A DNA stretch of 64,000 bases from a virus (taxonomy: Duplodnaviria > Caudoviricetes), in the IMG/VR virus record IMGVR_UViG_3300033074_001542, positions 6,068 through 70,067 of that record, one strand, 5' to 3'. Made by a program: the position numbers and the translations under genes. Under the pieces are notes generated by a model. The model saw only the letters and a list, made by a program, of their open reading frames with translations, did not search any database and was not told where the DNA came from. How positions within the stretch are numbered: position 1 is the stretch's first letter; each line of letters opens with the position of its first letter. Positions 17,535-26,078 of this stretch are shown here, one piece after another.

Positions 17535-17636
17535 TCAGCGGCCGAAGAAGACGACCGCCATGGCCCACCAGAAGATCAGTGCGGCCACGGACCGCAGAAC
17601 GTCCCTCCAGGTGAGCTTCTGCCCATACCAGCTCAC
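17535..17636 (-). CDS. Small membrane peptide
   Basis: VSWYGQKLTWRDVLRSVAALIFWWAMAVVFFGR; GTGA overlap with the upstream stop. Confidence 0.4.
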   Translation of the reverse strand: MSWYGQKLTWRDVLRSVAALIFWWAMAVVFFGR

Positions 17637-18094
17637 ACTGCCCTCCAGCCTCGGGGACCGCCGGTCTGGTGCGGTTCCTCGGACATCTCGATCACCTTCT
17701 GGGCGGCCCCCAGGATCTCCTTCTGGTAGGCCCCCTCCAACCGCCTGACGCGGCTGGCGCCCCTGTCATCCGGGTTGACGATGTCGTGATCCCCCCAGGA
17801 GCTCCAGGACGGATGCTCGTCCACCCAGAAGCCGTCCTGCTCATTCCACCCCACGGCATGGTTGCCGCAGGAATAGGCTTCCCATCCATCCGGGTAGATG
17901 GCCACAAAGCTGCCGTACTGGCAGCTTCCGATGAAGTGGGCGCTCGTGCTCTCGTATGGGTAAGGGATGCGGAAGTAGTCTTCATCCACATTCCCGAACG
18001 AGATGAGGTTGTAGGCGCAGTTCAGACTGCCCCATCCAAGGATGCTGTAAGCACTCTTGATGGACGCCTTCATCTTCTCCGAGAACGTGATCAT
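17633..18094 (-). CDS. Hypothetical protein (aromatic-rich)
   Basis: GAGGAG RBS; ATGA overlap at 18094. Confidence 0.65.
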   Translation of the reverse strand: MITFSEKMKASIKSAYSILGWGSLNCAYNLISFGNVDEDYFRIPYPYESTSAHFIGSCQYGSFVAIYPDGWEAYSCGNHAVGWNEQDGFWVDEHPSWSSWGDHDIVNPDDRGASRVRRLEGAYQKEILGAAQKVIEMSEEPHQTGGPRGWRAV

Positions 18095-18321
18095 CTGCTT
18101 CTCCTCATGGGACGAACGGTGTTGATCCAGCCCCCGGGGCCGAACGTTGCGGCCCACTTGCCGCCGGCAGTGAGTTCCACCACGGCGCCCTGCTCCTCGA
18201 GATCCTGGGCGGCATCCATAGCCATCTTCACGGCAAGCTCCGCGATGTTCCCCAGGGGAACGTTTTTGTGGCGGACCTTCCCGCCCTCCTGGTAGGTGAC
18301 CTTGGCAACGTAGTCAGACAT
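18091..18321 (-). CDS. Hypothetical protein
   Basis: GAGGAGG RBS before MSDYVAKV. Confidence 0.65.
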   Translation of the reverse strand: MSDYVAKVTYQEGGKVRHKNVPLGNIAELAVKMAMDAAQDLEEQGAVVELTAGGKWAATFGPGGWINTVRPMRRSR

Positions 18322-18387
18322 CTCTGACCTCCTCTTCGATGACCGGCTTCTCCGGCCCGGCCCATCTGCCGCCGCTGAGCCGCTTCC

Positions 18388-18612
18388 GGCGATTCCGGCC
18401 GGCTCCCCTCTAGGGGCGCCCTGGGCGACATCCACTCTTTTGTAGGTCCAAGTACAGGATCGACCGGGCTCAAGTACAGGATTTCCTGGGCGACATGAAG
18501 CGCGCCATCGTAGCGTCGGCGGCCCGAAATCGCCGTTTCGCCCCGGGCGGCGGCAGTTAGGCTGCGGCGGAAAGCCGTCAGAAGGCGCCACGGAATGCGG
18601 CGTCAAGGAGAG
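18388..18612. promoter_or_regulatory. Divergent early control region with direct repeats
   Basis: CAAGTACAGGAT x2 (18449, 18471) and CCTGGGCGACAT x2 (18420, 18485); a motif shared with 17418-17462. Confidence 0.55.
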
Positions 18613-18616
18613 CACC

Positions 18617-18928
18617 ATGCCGAAGACAGAATGGCAATACGCTGGAACGGTTTCCAGTCACACGCTCATCGAGAGGGACCTTGCCGAAGCGTTCACCGAC
18701 GCGGCGAAGGTCATCGCCCCCGAGAGGGCCGATGAGATCGACGCCCTCTACAACGAGTTCATTGCGGCGGAGGACGCGGAGGACTTCGAGACCGCCGGCT
18801 TCATCCTCAACGAGCAGATCTACGATCTCATGGATAGCCTTGCCCCCGAGGGCTACTACTTCGGTAGCCACCCGGGCGACGGCTCTGACTTCGGATACTG
18901 GGAAAACGAAGAGGAGGATGGCGAGTGA
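18617..18928 (+). CDS. Highly acidic early protein (DNA-mimic candidate)
   Basis: About 27 D/E versus 4 K/R in 103 aa by my count; APEGYYFGSHPGDGSDFGYW. Confidence 0.6.
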   Translation: MPKTEWQYAGTVSSHTLIERDLAEAFTDAAKVIAPERADEIDALYNEFIAAEDAEDFETAGFILNEQIYDLMDSLAPEGYYFGSHPGDGSDFGYWENEEEDGE

Positions 18929-19383
18929 TAACGCTCATCTACGGTCGCGATCCAGACGCCATGGATCGCTACGCTCAGTCCCTCGTCACCTACGGGAAGG
19001 GTGACATGCTCCTCGAATTCCCGGAAGAACACCTGTACCCTCTCGATCATCTCCCGATCGCTGAGCGCATTGCCGCCTACCACGAAAGCGGCTACGGTAA
19101 CGTGGTGTGCGCAACGCAGAGTGAGATCATTTGCCTGCGTATCCAGCGCAGGGTTCGCGAAGGATCCCTTGCCCACAAAGACGTTCGTGTCGTGTGGATA
19201 GAGAATGGAAAGCCCGTTCCTCTCCGCATGGACGAACACGGCCTCTTCATCGACGAGTGGCCATGGGGCTTCTTCGAAGATAACTACCGTGAGCACTTCA
19301 GCCATGAAAAGCTAGGCGCTGTTGACAAGTTCAATGATCAGGCCATCGACGACGCGTTCGTCTACCGCAGGGAGGACTACTGA
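18925..19383 (+). CDS. Truncated ABC-ATPase C-terminal half plus DUF3696-like domain
   Basis: LLEFPEEHLYP..VVCATQSEIICLRIQRRVREG..DEHGLFIDEWPWGFFE. Confidence 0.65.
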   Translation: MITLIYGRDPDAMDRYAQSLVTYGKGDMLLEFPEEHLYPLDHLPIAERIAAYHESGYGNVVCATQSEIICLRIQRRVREGSLAHKDVRVVWIENGKPVPLRMDEHGLFIDEWPWGFFEDNYREHFSHEKLGAVDKFNDQAIDDAFVYRREDY

Positions 19384-19934
19384 TGTACGCAAAGCTGAAG
19401 GCAGATGTCACCACGCCCGAGCCCTGGATCGGAGCGTGCGACAAGGTCAGCTACAGGGCTGGTGAGATCGTGCCAGTCATCTACGCGAGCAACCAGCCGC
19501 AGGACGGCCCGGACCGTATTCGGTACTGGATCGCCACGGTAGACGTAGAAGACCACCCGTACGGGATCGGTCTTCGTGACGGCGATTTCGAGATCGTCGT
19601 GTTCACCCCAAAGACGGCCTTCGACTTCGCCAAGCGCAAGAAAACATGGGACAACGATCTGTTCCCCGAGACGGAGCGGTGGGTGAACCGCTGTTACAGC
19701 GAACCCGACCGGCAGGAGGTAATCCTGCATCGCTGTAACGAGATCCTCGAGGCCTATGGCGTCGAGGGTGATCCAGACCTCGATCTCTCCTACGTCAACA
19801 TGGGTGATCCGTACATCAAAACCGTGTGCCTGCACGACTGCTGCTTCCACATCACATGTCAGGGCGACATGGTGGAGCAGATCGAGAAAGAGCTCATCGA
19901 GACGAACGCCCTGGTCAACGAGAGGGAAATCTGA
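19383..19934 (+). CDS. Hypothetical early protein
   Basis: Coupled operon gene (TGATG overlap). Confidence 0.7.
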   Translation: MYAKLKADVTTPEPWIGACDKVSYRAGEIVPVIYASNQPQDGPDRIRYWIATVDVEDHPYGIGLRDGDFEIVVFTPKTAFDFAKRKKTWDNDLFPETERWVNRCYSEPDRQEVILHRCNEILEAYGVEGDPDLDLSYVNMGDPYIKTVCLHDCCFHITCQGDMVEQIEKELIETNALVNEREI

Positions 19935-20200
19935 TGTGGAACGTCTGTGCTCAGAAGATCGAAGTCAGGAAGACTGGCTGGGCTCATTCCAAGCAGTTGC
20001 CGAGCTTCTGCTTGGATCCCAACGGCACCCAGATCGCCAAGGGTGATTTCGAGCTCGCCTTCAGAATCGCCGCGGAGCTCCTTGGTAGCGAGGACTTCGC
20101 TTACGCGGAGATCGGCTGTACCCGCATCTACACCCGCCCCCAGCCCAAGCGTGGCCCTGCCCGTGAAGTCAGGGTCGCAATCAGCATCGTGGAGGTCTGA
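19934..20200 (+). CDS. Hypothetical protein
   Basis: TGATG overlap at 19934. Confidence 0.55.
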   Translation: MWNVCAQKIEVRKTGWAHSKQLPSFCLDPNGTQIAKGDFELAFRIAAELLGSEDFAYAEIGCTRIYTRPQPKRGPAREVRVAISIVEV

Positions 20201-20650
20201 ATGAAAAGGTACAAAAACACCGACTACGAGCATCTCAGGACGCTCCGGTTCGCCCCCTACAGGTTCGATCCTGGTCACAAGGGGCCCACCTTCCGCCTGG
20301 AGCTCTACGACACCCGGCGCCTCTGCCCTGGTTCCAACCACTGGCAGCTCGCCTACCAGTTCTTCCAGATCACCAAGAAGACGGTGGAATTGATACCGCC
20401 AACCAACGTGTCCACAACGAAGTCTTCCACTGAGCTGATCTTCGAAGGCGAAGATTTCGGCTGCTCGCCATGCGATGCGGTCGATTCCGATACCTGTGCC
20501 CTCTCCCTGATGACGTTCCTGACGCTCCGTCCCGGGGACACCGACGCGGAGTACTTCGACAAGTACACCCCACGTCAGCTCCAGTTCGCCAATGAACACG
20601 CGGAGATCCTCGCACTGGAGTGCGATCTCCGCAGCAGGAGGAACAAATGA
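20201..20650 (+). CDS. Hypothetical early protein
   Basis: GGAGG RBS; FLTLRPGDTDAEYFDKYTPRQL. Confidence 0.7.
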   Translation: MKRYKNTDYEHLRTLRFAPYRFDPGHKGPTFRLELYDTRRLCPGSNHWQLAYQFFQITKKTVELIPPTNVSTTKSSTELIFEGEDFGCSPCDAVDSDTCALSLMTFLTLRPGDTDAEYFDKYTPRQLQFANEHAEILALECDLRSRRNK

Positions 20651-21096
20651 GACGTTGTTACGACATCATGTACTACCTCAAAGATGCTCTGGGTAGTGCA
20701 AGATCGTTCAAGCTCACGAGTAGCGAACTCATGGCCAAGGCGTTGAAGATTCTCGACAACGCCCCCAAGAGGACCACCGGCGCCGAGAAGGCCTACTTCT
20801 GGGGCTACTACGACGCGAACAGGGACCACATCAACTACAACGAAACCTACGCTGCCTATGTGGACAAGGATGGGACGCTTCTCGTTACCGGACGCGTTCT
20901 CCCGCCTATTCCTGCCGGCCTGGAGGGCAAGATCGTCCTCGCCGACACCAGGTACGGCCCCAAGGAACTCTGGGAAGCCAATCTGCCCTGGGGGCGCTTC
21001 TGGGATGGCACCATGCGTCCCTTCTACACGGCGGAACCCCGTAAGGAGGAGAAAATCGAACCCCCTCCGATCTGCGACCCTATCCCAACCGAGTAA
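20647..21096 (+). CDS. Hypothetical protein
   Basis: ATGA overlap; GGAGG RBS. Confidence 0.65.
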   Translation: MRRCYDIMYYLKDALGSARSFKLTSSELMAKALKILDNAPKRTTGAEKAYFWGYYDANRDHINYNETYAAYVDKDGTLLVTGRVLPPIPAGLEGKIVLADTRYGPKELWEANLPWGRFWDGTMRPFYTAEPRKEEKIEPPPICDPIPTE

Positions 21097-21109
21097 CGGT
21101 GACCCACCC

Positions 21110-21170
21110 GAGCGCCCTGGAGTGCGACCAGGGCGTTCCACTGGGTTCCCGGAACGGGAATTCAAGGAGA
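21110..21170 (+). promoter_or_regulatory. Tandem hairpin plus RBS element
   Basis: GAGCGCCCTGG/CCAGGGCGTTC and GGGTTCCCG/CGGGAATTC stems, then AAGGAGAG. Confidence 0.5.
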
Positions 21171-21175
21171 GCGTG

Positions 21176-21529
21176 ATGAAGATTTTGAGGACAAATAATT
21201 ACGGAGCCGGTTGGTCCTCTTGGTGCAGTAACGAGAACCCAGAGGTAGCTATCTTTGCACTCACCTACGAGCCGATCATAAGGGCACTCGAGATCGGAGG
21301 CGGGTACAGGCCTACTGAGGAAAAGGAGGGCGCCGCCTTTCTTGCTGATTTGAAAGCGAAATTTGGTGAGGACGCCGACATGTACATCGGTGGAATTGAC
21401 AACCTTGTCGTCGATGAGGTCGATGGGCCTTTCCGTATCAACGAGTATGACGGATGGGAATCAGTCGAAAGAATCAGTATGGTCAACTGGTACGTCCCGA
21501 CGCCGAGCGGAACGCTCGTTCTGGTGTAG
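21176..21529 (+). CDS. Conserved phage hypothetical protein
   Basis: YGAGWSSW..FRINEYDGWESVE. Confidence 0.7.
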   Translation: MKILRTNNYGAGWSSWCSNENPEVAIFALTYEPIIRALEIGGGYRPTEEKEGAAFLADLKAKFGEDADMYIGGIDNLVVDEVDGPFRINEYDGWESVERISMVNWYVPTPSGTLVLV

Positions 21530-21535
21530 GAGAAA

Positions 21536-21787
21536 ATGATGAGCAGGAAAACGAAACAGGACGTCGAAAGTCTGGTCACTAGCTTGAGGCGCAATACTGG
21601 CCTCAAACTTGGCACTGAAATCTGGGCGCCTGGCGATGGCGCTACCAGGTACAGGCTCCAGGTCGCCGTGGACGACCGTTACTCGGTTCGCGATCTCGGT
21701 GACATCTTCTCGGGGCCGGGCGAGTTCTACTACGCCCTGCGCCTGGCGAACGACATCATCTGCGAGATGAACAGGAGGAAGGCATGA
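21536..21787 (+). CDS. Hypothetical protein
   Basis: AGGAG RBS; operon context. Confidence 0.6.
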   Translation: MMSRKTKQDVESLVTSLRRNTGLKLGTEIWAPGDGATRYRLQVAVDDRYSVRDLGDIFSGPGEFYYALRLANDIICEMNRRKA

Positions 21788-22410
21788 GTGTCAACTTCGA
21801 ATACAAGGGATGGGATGGCGCCAAGTGGGGTACGTCCGACTTCTACGAAGACTTCGAGATAGCCCTCCAGAAGTCCATCGATTCCGGCGAGGACTTCGAC
21901 ACCGGGTGGTGGGGCGTCAAGAAGGAGATCCAGACGTTCCGGATCGCACGGAACGTCGATTCCCTCCTGGACGCCGTCATGGTCCAGGTTTCGGTGTCCG
22001 ATGACTTCGACACTGAGGGCTTTGGAGAGACGACGGTTTACCCGCTAGACCTTCCCAAGGAGACAAAGCTGATCGACGCCATCAAGAAGGCGCTCGACGC
22101 GGCCCTGGACGAAGCGGAAGAGAACCGCAAGATGAACCAGGTCTACGAAGGGTTCACCGTGGGGCGCGATGGGCAGTGGGAGGAGACGTTTATCCTTCAA
22201 CTCGACGGCGAGTACGAGTACCCGCCGGGGGATGAGTACCACTGGTGGGGCTGGCAGGCCTTTGACCCGAACGACAGGCAGGAAGACGAAGAGCACATCG
22301 TTCCCGAGAACATCCGTAAGGCCATGGAGGAATGGATTATCAACGACTACGGAAAGTGGGACAGGCCGTTCACCATCGACGGATGGACGATCACCCGGTG
22401 GAAGGACTGA
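21784..22410 (+). CDS. Acidic, Trp-rich early protein
   Basis: About 48 D/E, 21 K/R and 12 W in 208 aa by my count. Confidence 0.7.
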   Translation: MSVNFEYKGWDGAKWGTSDFYEDFEIALQKSIDSGEDFDTGWWGVKKEIQTFRIARNVDSLLDAVMVQVSVSDDFDTEGFGETTVYPLDLPKETKLIDAIKKALDAALDEAEENRKMNQVYEGFTVGRDGQWEETFILQLDGEYEYPPGDEYHWWGWQAFDPNDRQEDEEHIVPENIRKAMEEWIINDYGKWDRPFTIDGWTITRWKD

Positions 22411-22411
22411 C

Positions 22412-22675
22412 ATGGCCAGGATCGTGCTCCCCAGCACCCTCGTTGACAAGATGACTGAGAAGGTGGTGGCCGTCACGTTCGGAAACTCCACCGTCGTCGT
22501 TGGCAATTTCATGCGGTGTCAGGACGGGTACATCGTCCTCACCGATCACGAACAGCTCGTGGAAACGTGGATCACCGAGACGTTCGTTCTCGCCGTCGCG
22601 ATCCATGAGGACTACCAGAAAGAGCATCCCGACCCGGTGCGCGATGGCTGGGTTGGGGCGGATGGGAGGCCATGA
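22412..22675 (+). CDS. Small beta-rich hypothetical protein
   Basis: AAGGA RBS before MARIVLP. Confidence 0.55.
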   Translation: MARIVLPSTLVDKMTEKVVAVTFGNSTVVVGNFMRCQDGYIVLTDHEQLVETWITETFVLAVAIHEDYQKEHPDPVRDGWVGADGRP

Positions 22676-22700
22676 TGAAGTACAAGTGAGCGCAGAGGAC

Positions 22701-22763
22701 AGCCCCTTCGGGGGCTGGAATGCGGCAGGCCGGTTCCAAGCCCGGCCGAGAAAGAGAAGGAGG
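22701..22763 (+). promoter_or_regulatory. Tandem hairpin element, family B copy 1
   Basis: AGCCCC-TTCG-GGGGCT, GGAATGCG, GGCCGG-N8-CCGGCC, then RBS. Confidence 0.6.
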
Positions 22764-22765
22764 AA

Positions 22766-23575
22766 GTGATGAGTCACTTCAACGTGTTCGTGGTCGGTGA
22801 GGATGTCGAGGAGCAACTCAAGCCCTACGACGAAAACGCGGCCATGGAGCCGAAGGTAGAAGAGATCGGCCAGAGCGAGATCAAGAGCATCTCCGAGGAG
22901 TACAAGCTCGACCCGACCAATCTGGCTGCCATCGCAAGAAAGGCGAAGGAGTGGAACGGCGGCGTTTGCCGGTACGACAAGCGACTCGGGAAGATCTTCC
23001 GCACGTACTACAGCAACCCGAGAGCTAAGTGGGACTGGTGGACGACAGGTGGCCGGTGGCGTGACAGTCTCCGGCTGAAGAGTGGCGAATTTGCGGACGT
23101 TGCCCGCAAGAGCGACATCGACATCGACTTCGCTCGTGGAAAGGCCGAAGCTTTCGCCCGTGTGCAGCACGCCAAGCTCACGGAGGCCATCGCGGGCCTC
23201 CAGCCTCTCGAGTTCAGGTGGGATGAACTCCTCGCCAGAAAGGATGAGTTTGGTGGTATCGACGCCGTCCGCGACAAGTACAACGCTCAGCCCGTTGTTG
23301 AGGCGTTCCGCGGTCTTCACAACTACTTCGGCATCTTCGACAAGGTAGAGGACTTCCTGATCGACGTGGAAGAGCATGTCAAGAAAGCAAGGTTGAACGC
23401 TTTCTTGCCGTTCGCCATCGTCATCGACGGCCAGTGGTACGAACGAGGCGAAATGGGCTGGTTCGCCTTCGTCTCTGACGAGAAGAAGCCGGAGAGCTGG
23501 GCGAGCGAGTTCTGGAATCTCTGGGATGGCATCGACGACGACGAGTTGATCACGGTGGTTGACTGCCACATCTAG
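22766..23575 (+). CDS. Conserved phage hypothetical protein
   Basis: NPRAKWDWWTTGGRW..FAIVIDGQWYERGEMGWF..LITVVDCHI. Confidence 0.8.
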   Translation: MMSHFNVFVVGEDVEEQLKPYDENAAMEPKVEEIGQSEIKSISEEYKLDPTNLAAIARKAKEWNGGVCRYDKRLGKIFRTYYSNPRAKWDWWTTGGRWRDSLRLKSGEFADVARKSDIDIDFARGKAEAFARVQHAKLTEAIAGLQPLEFRWDELLARKDEFGGIDAVRDKYNAQPVVEAFRGLHNYFGIFDKVEDFLIDVEEHVKKARLNAFLPFAIVIDGQWYERGEMGWFAFVSDEKKPESWASEFWNLWDGIDDDELITVVDCHI

Positions 23576-23583
23576 CAGGCGGC

Positions 23584-23645
23584 AGGGCCCCCTTCGGGGG
23601 ACCCTGAAATGCGCAAGGCCGGTCCGTAGCCCGGCCAGAAGGAGG
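23584..23645 (+). promoter_or_regulatory. Tandem hairpin element, family B copy 2
   Basis: AGGGCCCCC-TTCG-GGGGACCCT, GAAATGCG, GGCCGG-N8-CCGGCC, then AGAAGGAGG. Confidence 0.6.
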
Positions 23646-23649
23646 ACCA

Positions 23650-23922
23650 ATGAACTTGGTCATCGACGAGCAGTGGGAAAAGCAGTACAGCACAGGCACC
23701 GCCATGCTCTGTGGTGGTCGTCTGAGCGATGGCACTAACTTCCATGTTGAAGCCATTCGTGTCAAAACCATCAGTGGCATCCAGGTTGGGTACGACAAGT
23801 ATGCCGAGGAGCGGCTCGCAGCCATGGAGCACATCGACAGCGGCGACGGGCAGTTCCATACCGTCAAGCTCGTCGGGTACCCCGGGAAGTGGGTACTCAA
23901 TGTTCTGCCTGGGAGGGACTGA
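23650..23922 (+). CDS. Hypothetical protein
   Basis: Strong RBS. Confidence 0.65.
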   Translation: MNLVIDEQWEKQYSTGTAMLCGGRLSDGTNFHVEAIRVKTISGIQVGYDKYAEERLAAMEHIDSGDGQFHTVKLVGYPGKWVLNVLPGRD

Positions 23923-24239
23923 TGCGGATCGTCATCGAGACAGAGGTGGAGGGCCTCACCGAGAACGAGGCACCCGGTCGCCTGAGCGCAGTCGGAAAGG
24001 TCATCTCGCCCATCGAGATGAACGGGTACAGGGTCTGGATAGACCTTGTTCGCGTTACGTACAGGTACGAGGACGGCGGTGATGTTTACCAAGCTGCCCA
24101 CAACCCGACCCATGACTCGAAGCTGAATGATATTGCTGACCTGAACGGGTCTGGCGCTCTCGCCATGACCAAGATCCCGGGCTTCGGCGGGTACTACGTA
24201 CTCGCCATCACTCCGATGAACGATGACGACCTGTGTTGA
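23922..24239 (+). CDS. Hypothetical protein
   Basis: TGATG overlap. Confidence 0.6.
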   Translation: MRIVIETEVEGLTENEAPGRLSAVGKVISPIEMNGYRVWIDLVRVTYRYEDGGDVYQAAHNPTHDSKLNDIADLNGSGALAMTKIPGFGGYYVLAITPMNDDDLC

Positions 24240-24493
24240 TAATGCTTGATCCCGATGAGCCGTGTCGGGCAGAGACAGAGGTGTTGGTCAATGTCGGTGC
24301 TCCGGGTGAACCGCTCTGGATCTCCATGGTGTGGCGACAGGACGAAACGCCGGTTCAGTTCTATGCGAGAGAACAACGGATCAGAGAGATCTTCCGTTCG
24401 CTCTGGATTCCCGCTGCCCTCAAGCTGTATCACGATGGACTTATGAACTATGACCTCACGCTTACCGAGAAAGGACTCATGTCATGTCGTTGA
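24233..24493 (+). CDS. Hypothetical protein
   Basis: Operon context. Confidence 0.5.
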   Translation: MLIMLDPDEPCRAETEVLVNVGAPGEPLWISMVWRQDETPVQFYAREQRIREIFRSLWIPAALKLYHDGLMNYDLTLTEKGLMSCR

Positions 24494-24906
24494 AGATGCC
24501 TATCCCCTACGCTGGAATCCAGCTCTGCGGCGTCACCCCCGAGGACATCAAGGTCGAAATCCGCAGGGACGGGAACGGCGCCGGCCACCTGACCATCAAG
24601 GTTGCCGGTAACAGCGTGGCGTTCACGTTGAGCTCTTTCAGTGACGCTGAGACCGATATCGTCGATATCGCCAGGGACCTCAGTAGGAAAATCACCGACG
24701 CCATCGTCAATCTGCCTGTCCGGCGGTCCTGCCCCATCTGCTTCGAAACGAAACTTCTGACCGACAGCGGCCTCTGCTCCGAGTGCGTCGGGTACGGATA
24801 CTCGCTTCTGCCTGTCGGGAAGGGAACGTGCGCCATCTGTGGAGACGTGGAAAGGATCGGTAGCGGCGGCGTCTGTCGTTCTTGCCTGCCTGCTGTGCCT
24901 GCCTGA
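24484..24906 (+). CDS. Hypothetical protein with a C-terminal double zinc ribbon
   Basis: CPIC..CSEC..CAIC..CRSC. Confidence 0.6.
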   Translation: MSLKMPIPYAGIQLCGVTPEDIKVEIRRDGNGAGHLTIKVAGNSVAFTLSSFSDAETDIVDIARDLSRKITDAIVNLPVRRSCPICFETKLLTDSGLCSECVGYGYSLLPVGKGTCAICGDVERIGSGGVCRSCLPAVPA

Positions 24907-24917
24907 TAACCAAACGC

Positions 24918-24951
24918 GAGGGCCGGCGCCCGTTCGTTAACGCCGGCCCTC
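24918..24951 (+). promoter_or_regulatory. 11-bp hairpin ahead of an RBS
   Basis: GAGGGCCGGCG-N12-CGCCGGCCCTC, then ttactcaggAGAAGGAGG. Confidence 0.45.
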
Positions 24952-24976
24952 TTACTCAGGAGAAGGAGGTGACCCT

Positions 24977-25627
24977 ATGAAAATCACCGCCACTGGGAAG
25001 GATATGACGCTTCTGTCGTATCCGTCAAAGATGCCCGGGGCCTCCTGTTCGATCTCGACCGACTCCTGCGTGGCGTCGGCCCTTTCGATCAGGCAGGCCC
25101 AGGCCCAGGGCTCCGACCCCATCTGCCTTTCCTGCTATGCAGAGAAGGGCTTCTACCGCTTCCACGAGGCGCTCAACGACGAGCGTTACGAGTGGGCCAA
25201 GCGGGCCGTGAAGGACAAGACTTTCTTCGGGGCGATGACGGCGGCCATCGAGAAGGCTGTCAAGCCCTCTCTTCCGTACTTCCGAATCCATGACGGCGGA
25301 GATTTCTTCTCCGTCGCTCACGTTCGCGAGTGGATGCGGGTCTGCTGGGCGCTCCCTCACATCCATTTCTGGGCGCCAACCAGAACCCATCTGCTCCTGC
25401 GCTTCTTGCCGGCCCTACAAGAGCTGGCATCCCTCCCTAACGTCACGGTGCGGCCCTCGGCCAACGGGTTCGAGGAGCCGCCCCCCGTCGTTCCTGGCCT
25501 TCACGCCGGGTCCTCCGCTGCGAAGCATGGCTATAACTGTCTGGCGCATCTCCACGGAAACAACTGCGGCGATTGCCGCATCTGCTGGGACGAGAAGACC
25601 GTCCCGGTCATCTACAGGAGGCACTAG
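24977..25627 (+). CDS. Gp88-like (radical-SAM-like Fe-S) phage protein
   Basis: SKMPG..SC....ICLSCYAEKGFY..YFRIHDGGDFF..IHFWAPTR..CGDCRICW. Confidence 0.75.
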   Translation: MKITATGKDMTLLSYPSKMPGASCSISTDSCVASALSIRQAQAQGSDPICLSCYAEKGFYRFHEALNDERYEWAKRAVKDKTFFGAMTAAIEKAVKPSLPYFRIHDGGDFFSVAHVREWMRVCWALPHIHFWAPTRTHLLLRFLPALQELASLPNVTVRPSANGFEEPPPVVPGLHAGSSAAKHGYNCLAHLHGNNCGDCRICWDEKTVPVIYRRH

Positions 25628-25628
25628 G

Positions 25629-25889
25629 ATGGAAGAAATCTTTCTGAAGGTCATTAATGGGCTCGGCCCCCAGACGGGCGTGGAGCTCGCGATCTCAATC
25701 TCCGAGACGCGGCGGACGCTCGATAAGACCAAAACCGAGCCCCTCGACATGGCCATCGCGGCCATGGCCGATCAGACGCTTTCGGATGGCGCCTGTGCTT
25801 GCGGGCTCTTCACTCTCGTGGTGATGCTCGCGAAGGAAGTCAAGGACCTTCGCGCCGCGACCACCACTCCCACTGAAACGGTGCAGTAA
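25629..25889 (+). CDS. Hypothetical protein
   Basis: Start refined to MEEIFLK. Confidence 0.55.
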   Translation: MEEIFLKVINGLGPQTGVELAISISETRRTLDKTKTEPLDMAIAAMADQTLSDGACACGLFTLVVMLAKEVKDLRAATTTPTETVQ

Positions 25890-26077
25890 TGGCGGAAGGA
25901 TACATCGACACCGCGACCGTCTACACGCTCCTCGAATACGGGGAGTCCACGTATGTGGTCAGGCTTGACCAGGATGTCTATTTGGCCGTTCGTTTCGCGA
26001 AGAACGGACAGATCGAAAACCTCTCGGACGCAGATGCTGAGAATGCGATCGAGAGGGTTATCACCCTCACGGCATAG
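25889..26077 (+). CDS. Small acidic protein
   Basis: TAATG overlap. Confidence 0.55.
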   Translation: MAEGYIDTATVYTLLEYGESTYVVRLDQDVYLAVRFAKNGQIENLSDADAENAIERVITLTA

Positions 26078-26078
26078 C

